Source: an uncultured Gammaproteobacteria bacterium
GTDB lineage: Bacteria > Patescibacteriota > Microgenomatia > Levybacterales > GWA1-39-11
Direction of reading: 5' to 3'
Assembly: GCA_964596415.1 (NCBI GenBank)
Contig: CAZQSX010000001.1
Span: 37,508 to 101,507, forward strand
Length of the DNA: 64,000 nt
Shown here: one piece after another, positions 1 through 7,907 of the stretch
Layout of the letters: the number at the start of each line of letters is the position of its first letter
Numbering within the stretch: the first letter of the stretch is position 1
Position numbers and translations under genes: made by a program
The notes under the pieces: generated by a model
The model's input: only the letters and a program-made list of their open reading frames with translations
Told to the model about the DNA's origin: nothing
Databases searched by the model: none

Positions 1-12
1 GAAACGCAGTGA

Positions 13-98
13 GGCGGAGAGTACAGGATTCGAACCTGTGAGGGATTGCTCCCACTAGTTTTCAAGACTAGCGCCATAAACCGCTCGGCCAACTCTCC
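13..98 (-). tRNA. tRNA-Ser (anticodon UGA), class II with long variable arm
   Basis: Reverse complement reads GGAGAGTTGGCCGAGCGGTTTATGGCGCTAGTCTTGAAAACTAGTGGGAGCAATCCCTCACAGGTTCGAATCCTGTACTCTCCGCC. It has a 7-bp acceptor stem, a 3-bp D stem, anticodon stem CTAGT/ACTAG with loop CTTGAAA (anticodon TGA), a long extra arm, and T-arm CAGG-TTCGAAT-CCTG. CCA is not fully encoded. Confidence 0.8.
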
Positions 99-215
99 AA
101 ACATTATGCCTCGCAGTTTGCCTTTTTGCAAAGATAAAACCGCTCGGCCAACTCTCCAAACATTATGCCTCGCAGTTTGCCTTCTTGCAAAGATAAAACC
201 GCTCGGCCAACTCAT
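76..215 (-). repeat. Tandem 59-bp direct repeat (2 full copies + ~15-bp partial), each carrying a sigma70-like promoter (TTGCAA-17nt-CATAAT) plus the first ~20 nt of tRNA-Ser(UGA)
   Basis: Units at 81-139 and 140-198 differ by one base; a partial third copy lies at 199-213 (ccgctcggccaactc). Unit 1 is the native promoter and 5' end of the tRNA at 13-98. Confidence 0.9.
103..131 (-). promoter_or_regulatory. Promoter of tRNA-Ser(UGA): -35 TTGCAA, 17-nt spacer, -10 CATAAT, 4 nt before the tRNA 5' end
   Basis: Read on the minus strand: TTGCAAaaaggcaaactgcgaggCATAATgttt-GGAGAG. A duplicate copy lies at 162-190. Confidence 0.6.
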
Positions 216-225
216 TATAGTTTTC

Positions 226-318
226 TGCGGAGGGTACAGGATTTGAACCTGCGCGAGCTTGTTTAAGAGCTCAGGGGATTAGCAATCCCCCGCAATGGAC
301 CAACTATGCGAACCCTCC
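226..318 (-). tRNA. tRNA-Ser (anticodon GCU), class II
   Basis: Reverse complement reads GGAGGGTTCGCATAGTTGGTCCATTGCGGGGGATTGCTAATCCCCTGAGCTCTTAAACAAGCTCGCGCAGGTTCAAATCCTGTACCCTCCGCA. Anticodon stem is GGGGA/TCCCC with loop TTGCTAA (anticodon GCT). It has a long variable arm and T-loop TTCAAAT. Confidence 0.8.
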
Positions 319-508
319 TCACTTTTTATATTAGTTCGCACAAGCTTTGCTTATGCGAACCCTCCAGACTATAGCCATTCATTATAGCAGAGCAGGCACG
401 CAAATTGAAGCAGGTGGCAAGTCACAAATGACTAAATGTTTCTTTTAGAAAAATATGTACGAATGCATGCGTAGGTTGTATTAGTGGGATTTTTATATAT
501 AATACGCT

Positions 509-937
509 ATGGGAAAAATTATTGAATTACAAAGTTATAGAAGGAGAATATCGCGTGAACAGATTCCTGTTCCGTCTAGGGAAGAGCTGATTATTAATAG
601 ATTTAAAGAAGCTGAAATCCAATACGTAGGTTTTGTAAATGTTCTATTTTATAGTGGGAAGAAAGCTTCTAGAATGAGAAGAGTTTTGAATCGTTTAGGT
701 CGTAAATTAGATGAGCAGAATGAACAAACCGTACGTACTCTTTTTGATTCGCGTTTCCCCTTTCATGATGGGTTAGCAATGAGAGCGCAGGCTACGCTTT
801 TTGCTTCACATCATCACGCTGAGCAATTATCAAATAAAAACCTTCCATTTGGAGTTCGGGTATTTATACAAGAAAGAAATGATACGCTTAATAATAGAAT
901 TAGAGAATATAGAGAACAATACTCATCTGAGGCGTAA
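509..937 (+). CDS. hypothetical protein (142 aa), basic, no recognisable motif
   Basis: Intact ORF directly downstream of the tRNA pair, preceded by TATATAAT. No family recognised by eye. Confidence 0.5.
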   Translation: MGKIIELQSYRRRISREQIPVPSREELIINRFKEAEIQYVGFVNVLFYSGKKASRMRRVLNRLGRKLDEQNEQTVRTLFDSRFPFHDGLAMRAQATLFASHHHAEQLSNKNLPFGVRVFIQERNDTLNNRIREYREQYSSEA

Positions 938-973
938 CGTGATAAAAGTTTTTTTAGGCAATATTTGTAGTTT

Positions 974-1372
974 TTGATTTTCATAAGTATAATACAAGGC
1001 ATGAATGCAGAACGTAAAGAAATACTACTGCCAGTAAGTGTTGAATTTAAGGCAAGTCCAGAAATTCAGTCTGTTAGGCGTGCGCTTGCTGCCAAACAGG
1101 AAATACTTGAAAGGACACGAGAAAGGAAAGGCAGATCTAATCCCTCAATTTTAAGCGTAGAACAGGCCAATAATAGAAGAGATAAGGAAATAGAAAAACT
1201 GGAGAGATCTATTGCTGGAGCAGTAAGAATTATTGAGTTTGCAGATTCCATGTGGAAGTTAGGTGGCTCAGGGCAGCTGGAACATCTTGGGTTTTTCCCA
1301 TCTGAGGCAGCTGTTGAAACTGCAAAAAATCAAGTAGCTGAAAAAAGAAGACAGAAACGCAAAGAAATTTAG
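974..1372 (+). CDS. hypothetical charged/coiled-coil-like protein (132 aa; the real start may be the ATG at 1001, MNAERK...)
   Basis: ORF rich in K/R/E (ERTRERKGR, EKRRQKRKEI). A TATAAT at 989-994 inside the longer ORF favours the internal start. Confidence 0.45.
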   Translation: MIFISIIQGMNAERKEILLPVSVEFKASPEIQSVRRALAAKQEILERTRERKGRSNPSILSVEQANNRRDKEIEKLERSIAGAVRIIEFADSMWKLGGSGQLEHLGFFPSEAAVETAKNQVAEKRRQKRKEI

Positions 1373-1438
1373 CTTACATCTTCACGACCATAATAATAAT
1401 CTGCATCCCGCTCTGAGAAAGTTAAGAAGGAATTTCTT

Positions 1439-2188
1439 CTAAGCTTTATTTGAGATTACAATTATTTGAGACTCACCAGTGATGGAGGTGAGCGTATTAT
1501 CTATTCTAGTAACAATACCTACAAAAAAGTATTTGATATATCTAATAGTTTTTCCTGCGAATGGATTAAGGAATAAAAAATTTCTTAGCATGCTTTCTTT
1601 TTTATAAATCTTTTTTATTTTAAATCCACTTTTTCTTAATTTATTCTGCAGTTCCTCAGCAGTATAGCGCCTCAAATGTCCAACTTCTATATCAAACTTT
1701 TTTGCATAGCCCAATTTGTATAATGGCGCATTTTTTGACGGAGTGGAAAGAAAAAGTATTCCACCTGGTTTTAATAGTTTATAAATCTTTTGAAGCGCTA
1801 ATTCATCGTCTGGGAGATGTTCGATAACTTCACTAAAAAATATTAAGTCATATTTTCCCGACGGAATTTTATTTGGAAAATCACAAACTTCAAAGTTTGC
1901 ATTTTTTAGTCCAATGATTTCTACAGATTTTTTAGAAGCATCAATTGCTTTTTTTGAAATATCTATTCCTTTAACTTTGTATCCTTTAGATGCAAGGTAG
2001 AGAGATATGGTTCCGCTTCCACAACCTATGTCTAGAATGGATTTTATATTTTTTGAAAGACAAGAGTTTAATATGGGAATGATATTTATATAAGTGAAAT
2101 TATTTGCACTAATTACTTTTTTTTGAGCAGATGATTTACTATGGTATTTTTCGTATAAACTATTTAACAACATTTTATTTATTGACAT
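1439..2188 (-). CDS. class I SAM-dependent methyltransferase
   Basis: Motif I LDIGCGSGTISLYLA, an acidic residue ending beta-2 (KGIDIS), and post-motif II KPGGILFLSTP. Confidence 0.8.
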   Translation of the reverse strand: MSINKMLLNSLYEKYHSKSSAQKKVISANNFTYINIIPILNSCLSKNIKSILDIGCGSGTISLYLASKGYKVKGIDISKKAIDASKKSVEIIGLKNANFEVCDFPNKIPSGKYDLIFFSEVIEHLPDDELALQKIYKLLKPGGILFLSTPSKNAPLYKLGYAKKFDIEVGHLRRYTAEELQNKLRKSGFKIKKIYKKESMLRNFLFLNPFAGKTIRYIKYFFVGIVTRIDNTLTSITGESQIIVISNKA

Positions 2189-2221
2189 TGTATTACCATA
2201 GTGAGTTAATGTAAATATCGT

Positions 2222-4375
2222 ATGAAAATCATACTAAGATTATCTTCGATATTTTTTCTTTTATTACTTCTTTCTTTTTTCCCTGTTTCTGCGCATGCTG
2301 ATGATTTAACCAAATCATGGAACGTAACCACTAGTCTCCCCTACAGTCTAGCAAGCCACGTTGCATTTGGAAACGGGAAGAAAGCATTCGTATTAGACGG
2401 TTCTGCTCAAACTGGTAATAGTCATAATCAAATAATCTCAGCCATATCAGGAGTGAGCGGTGGGTTAAGTAACTGGAGTGTTGAAGCAAGTTTTCCTACT
2501 GCTCTGATATTTCATGCTATTGCTAGAAAAGATAATAATATTTACATTCTTGGAGGCAGAGAGGAAAATCCTGGGTCTGCAATGGATCATGTTAGTAAAG
2601 TTTTTGTAGCAAACATGAATTCGTTGGGTTCTTGGGGGCAGACATTTCCGTTGCCTAGCAATCGGTCATTGGGTGCTGCCGCAATTTCAGGTGATTACAT
2701 TTACTTTTCTGGGGGATTTAATACTACTGGTTATACCAATAAAGTATATGCTTCACATATTAAACCTGACGGTATGCTTGATCCCTGGTTTGAAGTGAGT
2801 GCTTTGCCGCTAACAAGAATTGGACATGGCATGATTGAAGACAATGGAAGTCTGTATGTGTTAGGAGGAGATAATGCGAATCAAGTATATAGAGCAACTG
2901 TTAACACAAGTAATGGGACTATTTCTTCATGGTCTCAAATATCTACATTGCCAGAGAAACTATATAGATCAGCTGTTATAAAAATAGGAAACCAGATATA
3001 TATGATCGGGGGTCATAATGGGACCTCTACGATTAATAAGATTTACTTCACAACTATAAACTCTGATGGTTCGCTTGGGTCTTGGCAGCTTTCAGCGAAT
3101 ACACTTCCTTTACCTGTTCAAGGGGGAGCGGTTGCACAAGCTGGAAAATATCTTTATCTTACTGGAGGATTTAGGTCCCCACCAGGCACATATCTTAACA
3201 GTGTTTATAAAACAGAGTTAAATATTTCAATAGAGCCTGATTTAAATGTTCCGCTTTTTAAACAAACGGATCCTGCATGGGGATCACAAGTATACGATTC
3301 AGCAAATATATGGCAACCAAATAATCCCGGGATTGATGCATCGGGATGCGCCCTTACTTCTGCTGCGATGGTATTTAATTATCATAAGATAACAAAATTA
3401 CCCGATGGATCAAGCCTTGATCCAAAATCTCTGAACATCTGGCTAAAAAACAACAACGGATATGTCGGGGGTGCTGTAAGTTGGGTAAGGTTATCGGCTC
3501 TGAGTGAGTTCGCTAAGTCTCAAAATTCTGCATTTACGTTTGATAGTCTGAAGTATTTCAGAGTAAATGAATTTAATGGAGAACAACTATTAAATGATTT
3601 AGAGCAAGGTATTCCTGGAATTCTTGAGGTTCCAGGGCATTTTATTGTGGGTAAGGGAGTTCAGAATGGAAAATTTTTAATTAATGATCCGTTTTATAAT
3701 AGAACTTCTCTTTCAGATTATGGGGACACGTTTCTTAGCTTAGGAAGATTTGTCCCAACAAATAGTGATGTATCTTATATTGAACTTGCTGTAGATGAAG
3801 GAGCAATTCTTTCAGTCAAAAATCAAAACGGAGAAGTTGTAGGAGAAGGATTTTTGCAAGAACCATATTCTGTTGATGGGCATCCTAGTTCTAATGTTGC
3901 GCGTTATTTTTACCTCGTTCCTGTGCCAGACAATGAAGAGCATACAATTATCGTTTCAGCTGGGGAAACAAAAGAATATACGCTTATTATTCGACTTCAA
4001 GGTGAAGATGGGGAGTTTACAGAAAAAACTGTAAAAGGCATAGTTGATTCAGGTTCCCACGATATTTTTTCTTTTAATTTCAGTAAGTCCGGTAATAATA
4101 AATCAGACATCCAACAAGAACTTTCTTTTGATTCTATTATTTCGGATCTGGAGTTATTGTATAACCTGGGTGAAATTTCAAATATTGGTATCTACATTAC
4201 ATTAAGGCAAAATATTTCAGTTTCACAACAGCTTTTATCCGTAAGTAAAGCAGCATCTACAGCGCATTTAAAAAACGTATTAAGCATACTAAAATCACAA
4301 AGAAAGAAATTTGTTTCAGAAACAGCTTATAAAATTTTATATCCGCAAGTTCAGCAACTCTTATCCACGATCTGA
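2222..4375 (+). CDS. secreted Kelch-repeat beta-propeller protein fused to a C-terminal C39-like (papain-fold) cysteine peptidase domain
   Basis: N-terminal signal peptide (LLLLSFFPVSAHA). Repeated Kelch blades: IYILGG, IYFSGG, LYVLGG, IYMIGG, LYLTGG. C-terminal C39-like catalytic residues: SGCALTSAAMVFNYH (Cys), PGHFIVGKG (His), LINDP (Asp). Confidence 0.75.
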   Translation: MKIILRLSSIFFLLLLLSFFPVSAHADDLTKSWNVTTSLPYSLASHVAFGNGKKAFVLDGSAQTGNSHNQIISAISGVSGGLSNWSVEASFPTALIFHAIARKDNNIYILGGREENPGSAMDHVSKVFVANMNSLGSWGQTFPLPSNRSLGAAAISGDYIYFSGGFNTTGYTNKVYASHIKPDGMLDPWFEVSALPLTRIGHGMIEDNGSLYVLGGDNANQVYRATVNTSNGTISSWSQISTLPEKLYRSAVIKIGNQIYMIGGHNGTSTINKIYFTTINSDGSLGSWQLSANTLPLPVQGGAVAQAGKYLYLTGGFRSPPGTYLNSVYKTELNISIEPDLNVPLFKQTDPAWGSQVYDSANIWQPNNPGIDASGCALTSAAMVFNYHKITKLPDGSSLDPKSLNIWLKNNNGYVGGAVSWVRLSALSEFAKSQNSAFTFDSLKYFRVNEFNGEQLLNDLEQGIPGILEVPGHFIVGKGVQNGKFLINDPFYNRTSLSDYGDTFLSLGRFVPTNSDVSYIELAVDEGAILSVKNQNGEVVGEGFLQEPYSVDGHPSSNVARYFYLVPVPDNEEHTIIVSAGETKEYTLIIRLQGEDGEFTEKTVKGIVDSGSHDIFSFNFSKSGNNKSDIQQELSFDSIISDLELLYNLGEISNIGIYITLRQNISVSQQLLSVSKAASTAHLKNVLSILKSQRKKFVSETAYKILYPQVQQLLSTI

Positions 4376-4464
4376 ATGTAAAGCACAAGTTATTAATTTT
4401 ATTAAGTTAAAAATCCATAATCCTATTCTTGATCTATTGCTTCCTTCTCCTGCATAATAAGTAT

Positions 4465-5292
4465 ATGTACGGGAAGTTTGTTATCAAAAAAAACGGTGAG
4501 CTAGAGCCATACAGTGAAGAAAAAGTAATTTCCTCCATGAATCGCGTTGGCGTTCCAAGCATTCTTCAGCCAGAAGTACTAGCTCACATACGGGATCGAT
4601 TTACGGGTGAATACATGGAAACAGATGAGTTGTTCAGGCACGTATTTGAGTTTTTAGAACCAAGAGATAAAAAATCAACGCTGAGGCTTAATTTGCGCCG
4701 GGCAATTTTTGAACTAGGTCCAACCGGGTTTCCGTTTGAAAAATATGTTGCAAGAATTTTTCAGTCCCAAGGATATAAGACTTTGGTTGGTTCATATTTA
4801 AATGGAGAGTGTGTTCGGCATGAAATAGATGTATTAATAGAAAAGGATGGGAAAAAAAGTAATGTGGAGGTGAAATTTCATAATGACGGAGGAATAAAAA
4901 CTGATATTCAGGTAGTTTTATATACATATGCTAGGTTTTTAGACATTTCAAAACAGAATGGCATATCTGAATGTTGGGTTATAACTAATACAAAACTTAC
5001 AACTGAGGCAATTACCTATGCAAAATGCAAAGGAATACACGTACTTGCTTGGAATTATCCAGGGGAAAATAATTTGCAAGATTTTGTGGAAAAACCAAAT
5101 ATGTACCCAATTACAACTATTACTGAGTTAACCCGTCAAGAAAAGCAGAGGCTTATTGAGGATAATATGATTCTAGCATCTGATCTTTTAAAAATTACCC
5201 CTGATGAAGTAAAAACATTTCCTCTTGTTAAGCGTCATAGATTAGTAAAGGCTATAAAATCCGCAGAAATTTTGTGTAATGGCGGGGTATAA
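4465..5292 (+). CDS. ATP-cone domain fused to an Mrr-like PD-(D/E)xK restriction-endonuclease-fold domain
   Basis: N-terminal KFVIKKNGELEPYSEEKVISSMNRVGV matches the ATP-cone consensus (V-KR-G--E-F---KI). The middle region GFPFEKYVARIFQSQGYKTL...HEIDVLIEKDGKKSNVEVK matches the Mrr_cat core (D...E-x-K). The ORF track starts at 4429; the ATG at 4465 (MYGKF) was chosen. Confidence 0.7.
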   Translation: MYGKFVIKKNGELEPYSEEKVISSMNRVGVPSILQPEVLAHIRDRFTGEYMETDELFRHVFEFLEPRDKKSTLRLNLRRAIFELGPTGFPFEKYVARIFQSQGYKTLVGSYLNGECVRHEIDVLIEKDGKKSNVEVKFHNDGGIKTDIQVVLYTYARFLDISKQNGISECWVITNTKLTTEAITYAKCKGIHVLAWNYPGENNLQDFVEKPNMYPITTITELTRQEKQRLIEDNMILASDLLKITPDEVKTFPLVKRHRLVKAIKSAEILCNGGV

Positions 5293-5345
5293 TTTTTACT
5301 CTACTTTTTATTGACAAGTGAAGTTTTTGACGGTAGTATAAGACA

Positions 5346-5813
5346 ATGAAGCTTACATTTCTTTTTAAAATTTTACCAGCACAATATGCACATGCTCATT
5401 GTGATATTCCATGCGGAATTTATGATCCAAACCAAGCGCAGCTTGCAGCTCATACCGTCTATCGTATGGTGCAGTTATTGGAGGAGCACCAGGAAAATGT
5501 TCATGATGTTGCTCGCATAACACATGTGAAAGAAGAACACGGAGAATTAGTTGAAGATGCACTCGGAACACTTGAAAATGATTATTTTAAGAAAGAAAAT
5601 TTTGAGAAATTTCCTGAGCTTAGGGATTTAATTTCTGATGCGGTACAGCTTTCAATAAAAACACGTCAAAAAGTTGATCTGCAACTTGCTGGAGAATTAG
5701 TTGAAAAAGTAATGCTTATTTCAGAAATCTTTTATAAGTCAAAAGGGGTTACTCCTGTTCGCATGAAATCTGTCTACCCTACAGAATTAGAATTTGTTAC
5801 TTATGCCGCATGA
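5346..5813 (+). CDS. sodN: nickel superoxide dismutase precursor (Ni-SOD)
   Basis: Leader MKLTFLFKILPAQYAHA is followed by the Ni-hook HCDIPCGIYDP, the diagnostic Ni-SOD N-terminus His-Cys-x-x-Pro-Cys-Gly-x-Tyr. Length is about 155 aa with a four-helix-bundle-like remainder. A promoter-like TTGACA-17-TAGTAT lies at 5321-5349. Confidence 0.85.
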   Translation: MKLTFLFKILPAQYAHAHCDIPCGIYDPNQAQLAAHTVYRMVQLLEEHQENVHDVARITHVKEEHGELVEDALGTLENDYFKKENFEKFPELRDLISDAVQLSIKTRQKVDLQLAGELVEKVMLISEIFYKSKGVTPVRMKSVYPTELEFVTYAA

Positions 5814-6073
5814 TTGTTAGACGTTTTAAAATTACTGGTCACAGTATGCAACCTACTTTTAGCCCTGGAGATCAAGTAATATCTTGGAAATTCTCAAAGA
5901 TAAAAAAAGGTGACGTTGTGGTTGTTCAATATCTTTCAAAACATATAATAAAGCGTGTTATACAAATATCAAAAGATTTCATTATTTTAACAGGAGATAA
6001 TAAAAAAGATAGTTTAAAAATTCCCCCAATCCCAAAACGTGATATTATTGGAAAGGTGATTCTAAAAATATAA
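5810..6073 (+). CDS. sodX: S26/S24-family signal-peptidase-like maturation protease for Ni-SOD (SodX)
   Basis: GHSMQPTF motif (Ser of the Ser/Lys dyad) and IKRVIQ (Lys). ATGA start/stop overlap with sodN. A Ni-SOD gene adjacent to an S26 peptidase gene is the classical arrangement. Confidence 0.75.
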   Translation: MIVRRFKITGHSMQPTFSPGDQVISWKFSKIKKGDVVVVQYLSKHIIKRVIQISKDFIILTGDNKKDSLKIPPIPKRDIIGKVILKI

Positions 6074-6075
6074 TT

Positions 6076-6591
6076 ATGCTTTTATATATTGCTGCGGCAA
6101 TTCTTATTATTTTATTACTTCTCCTTCTTTCCGCTGTCTGGCCACCTGATAGTCCATGGAGCCCTTGGTGGAAAACGTATAAAGAAGCAGGAATGGGCAT
6201 AATTACACTTGCAAACATTGATAAAAAAGATACGGTATATGAGTTAGGTTCAGGAGATGGCGAATTTCTTATTTTACTTGGAAAAAAAATAGGAGCAAAA
6301 AGTGTTGGCATAGAGATTGATCCATTACGGCATTATGTTGCAAAGCTTCGAGTAAAACTCGCTGGGCTTGAGAAGCATATTACCCTGAAAAAAAAATCAT
6401 TTCATGATGAAGACATTTCTCAAGCAACAGTTGTATATGTCTATTTAATTCCAAGAGTTTTAAAAAAAATTTTACCCAAACTTAAAAAAGAATTAAAAAA
6501 AGGAACAAGAGTTATATCATATAGATATCAAATGGATTTACCTCTTGTGAAAGAAGACAAAAAGCACAGATTATATCTTTACAAAGTCTAG
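6076..6591 (+). CDS. membrane-anchored class I SAM-dependent methyltransferase
   Basis: N-terminal TM helix (AAAILIILLLLLLSAVW), then motif I VYELGSGDGEF and acidic IEID. Confidence 0.7.
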   Translation: MLLYIAAAILIILLLLLLSAVWPPDSPWSPWWKTYKEAGMGIITLANIDKKDTVYELGSGDGEFLILLGKKIGAKSVGIEIDPLRHYVAKLRVKLAGLEKHITLKKKSFHDEDISQATVVYVYLIPRVLKKILPKLKKELKKGTRVISYRYQMDLPLVKEDKKHRLYLYKV

Positions 6592-6631
6592 CTTGCTAAA
6601 GCGTGATATACTTAAAAGTGGCAGCGTATAT

Positions 6632-6889
6632 ATGACTGAGTGCCAGAGCTGTGGGATGCCTCTATCCCTTGGCAATTATGGAACAAATGCAAGCGGTACC
6701 TATAATGATGAGTACTGCAGTATCTGTTTTCAGAAAGGACAATTTACTGATCCTGATTTAACTCTTCCTATTATGACTCAGATTATTGTTAACAGACTTG
6801 TTGGAGAAGGAATGAATGAAGATGAAGCCCGTATAAAAACTCAAACGATTGTTCCAACCCTCAAACGTTGGAGAAACGTTACGATTTAA
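6632..6889 (+). CDS. putative zinc-ribbon domain protein (Zn_ribbon_2-like)
   Basis: CQSCGMPL...GTNASGTYNDEYCSICFQKGQFT contains two CxxC pairs, typical of this small family. The start was taken at MTECQ (the ORF track starts at 6593). Confidence 0.6.
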   Translation: MTECQSCGMPLSLGNYGTNASGTYNDEYCSICFQKGQFTDPDLTLPIMTQIIVNRLVGEGMNEDEARIKTQTIVPTLKRWRNVTI

Positions 6890-7905
6890 ATACGTTTTTT
6901 TAAATTTAAAAATGCCCAACGGGCGGTATCTGCTACTTTTACAACTTCATACAGTTTTGTCATTACTACTAAATCATAGCTTCCCATAAATTCTGTAAGT
7001 GTTGCTCCGTATCCTTGTTTAAACTTGTGAAATCCATACCAAGGGTCTTGAGGGTTTGGGTTCTCAGAAAGTGCTCCCCACATGTCAAACTTTTTAAGAC
7101 CTATCTTTTTTCCCATTTTTATTGCTTCCCACATAATGAGATTGCTTGCCATTACATCTCTGTGTTCCCGTGAACTAGCACCGTATGGATAATATAATGT
7201 GTCCTTGAAAGAGAAAAGAACCCAAGAGGTCAGGATTTTTTTATCGTAAAATGCATGGAGTAGATGGTAGGAAAGATGATTCGTGTTTTGCGTTTGGTCT
7301 GTTGAGCAAAGAGTTTCCCAAAGCTTTTTGTGATATCTGGGAGTATGGGCATAGAATTTTTGACGTGTTGTTGTCTGCTCATACAGTTTTAAAAACTCCT
7401 TAAATCCTTTTTCTGAATTATCTTGCACTACTAAGACTTTGTGTTTTTGCGCGACTCTTATGTTATAGCGTGTTTTTGAGTGCATGTTTTTTAATAACTC
7501 ATCTTCTGAAGAGGTGAGATTAAGAATGAAAGAATACTTTGTGAATAACGGGTGAAAAGATTTTCGAATATCAAAATCTTTAATTTTTAATTCATTATTT
7601 TGAGTTACTTCATCCGGTTCAAGTTGGACATACACGCATTTGTGTTTTTTTGCTTGTTTCCGAACATCTTCTAGCATTTCTTTAGTAGGAAAATCAGATT
7701 TTGGAATATAGCCTATATAATAAGGAAGCTTTGGGACTTTATGGATAGTCATAGAGTAAGCGAACTTGAAATCATCACGTGCGCGTCTTACAACTTGGAT
7801 TCCTGTTGCGAGCCTAAATTCTCCCCACTCAAAAGATTGCAGCGGATGAGTTACAGCTTGATTAAATTTTTCTCGATCTTTTTCTGATACGTCAATAAAA
7901 TCCAT
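6886..7905 (-). CDS. FemAB-family peptidoglycan interpeptide-bridge aminoacyltransferase
   Basis: Length about 340 aa. FemAB-like segments: SKTRYNIRVAQKH, FKEFLKLYEQTTTRQKF, YYPYGASSREHRD. Confidence 0.7.
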   Translation of the reverse strand: MDFIDVSEKDREKFNQAVTHPLQSFEWGEFRLATGIQVVRRARDDFKFAYSMTIHKVPKLPYYIGYIPKSDFPTKEMLEDVRKQAKKHKCVYVQLEPDEVTQNNELKIKDFDIRKSFHPLFTKYSFILNLTSSEDELLKNMHSKTRYNIRVAQKHKVLVVQDNSEKGFKEFLKLYEQTTTRQKFYAHTPRYHKKLWETLCSTDQTQNTNHLSYHLLHAFYDKKILTSWVLFSFKDTLYYPYGASSREHRDVMASNLIMWEAIKMGKKIGLKKFDMWGALSENPNPQDPWYGFHKFKQGYGATLTEFMGSYDLVVMTKLYEVVKVADTARWAFLNLKKRI

Positions 7906-7907
7906 TA

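Noticed and set aside
76-215. Possible CRISPR array suggested by repeated ~59-bp units
   Set aside because: The units are contiguous with no unique spacers. They contain a promoter and a tRNA 5' fragment, there are only about 2.3 copies, and no cas genes are present. This is a tandem duplication, not CRISPR.
46-246. 66-aa plus-strand ORF from the six-frame track
   Set aside because: It lies entirely across the two tRNA-Ser genes and the tandem promoter repeats, and its sequence is dictated by those elements. It is not a gene.
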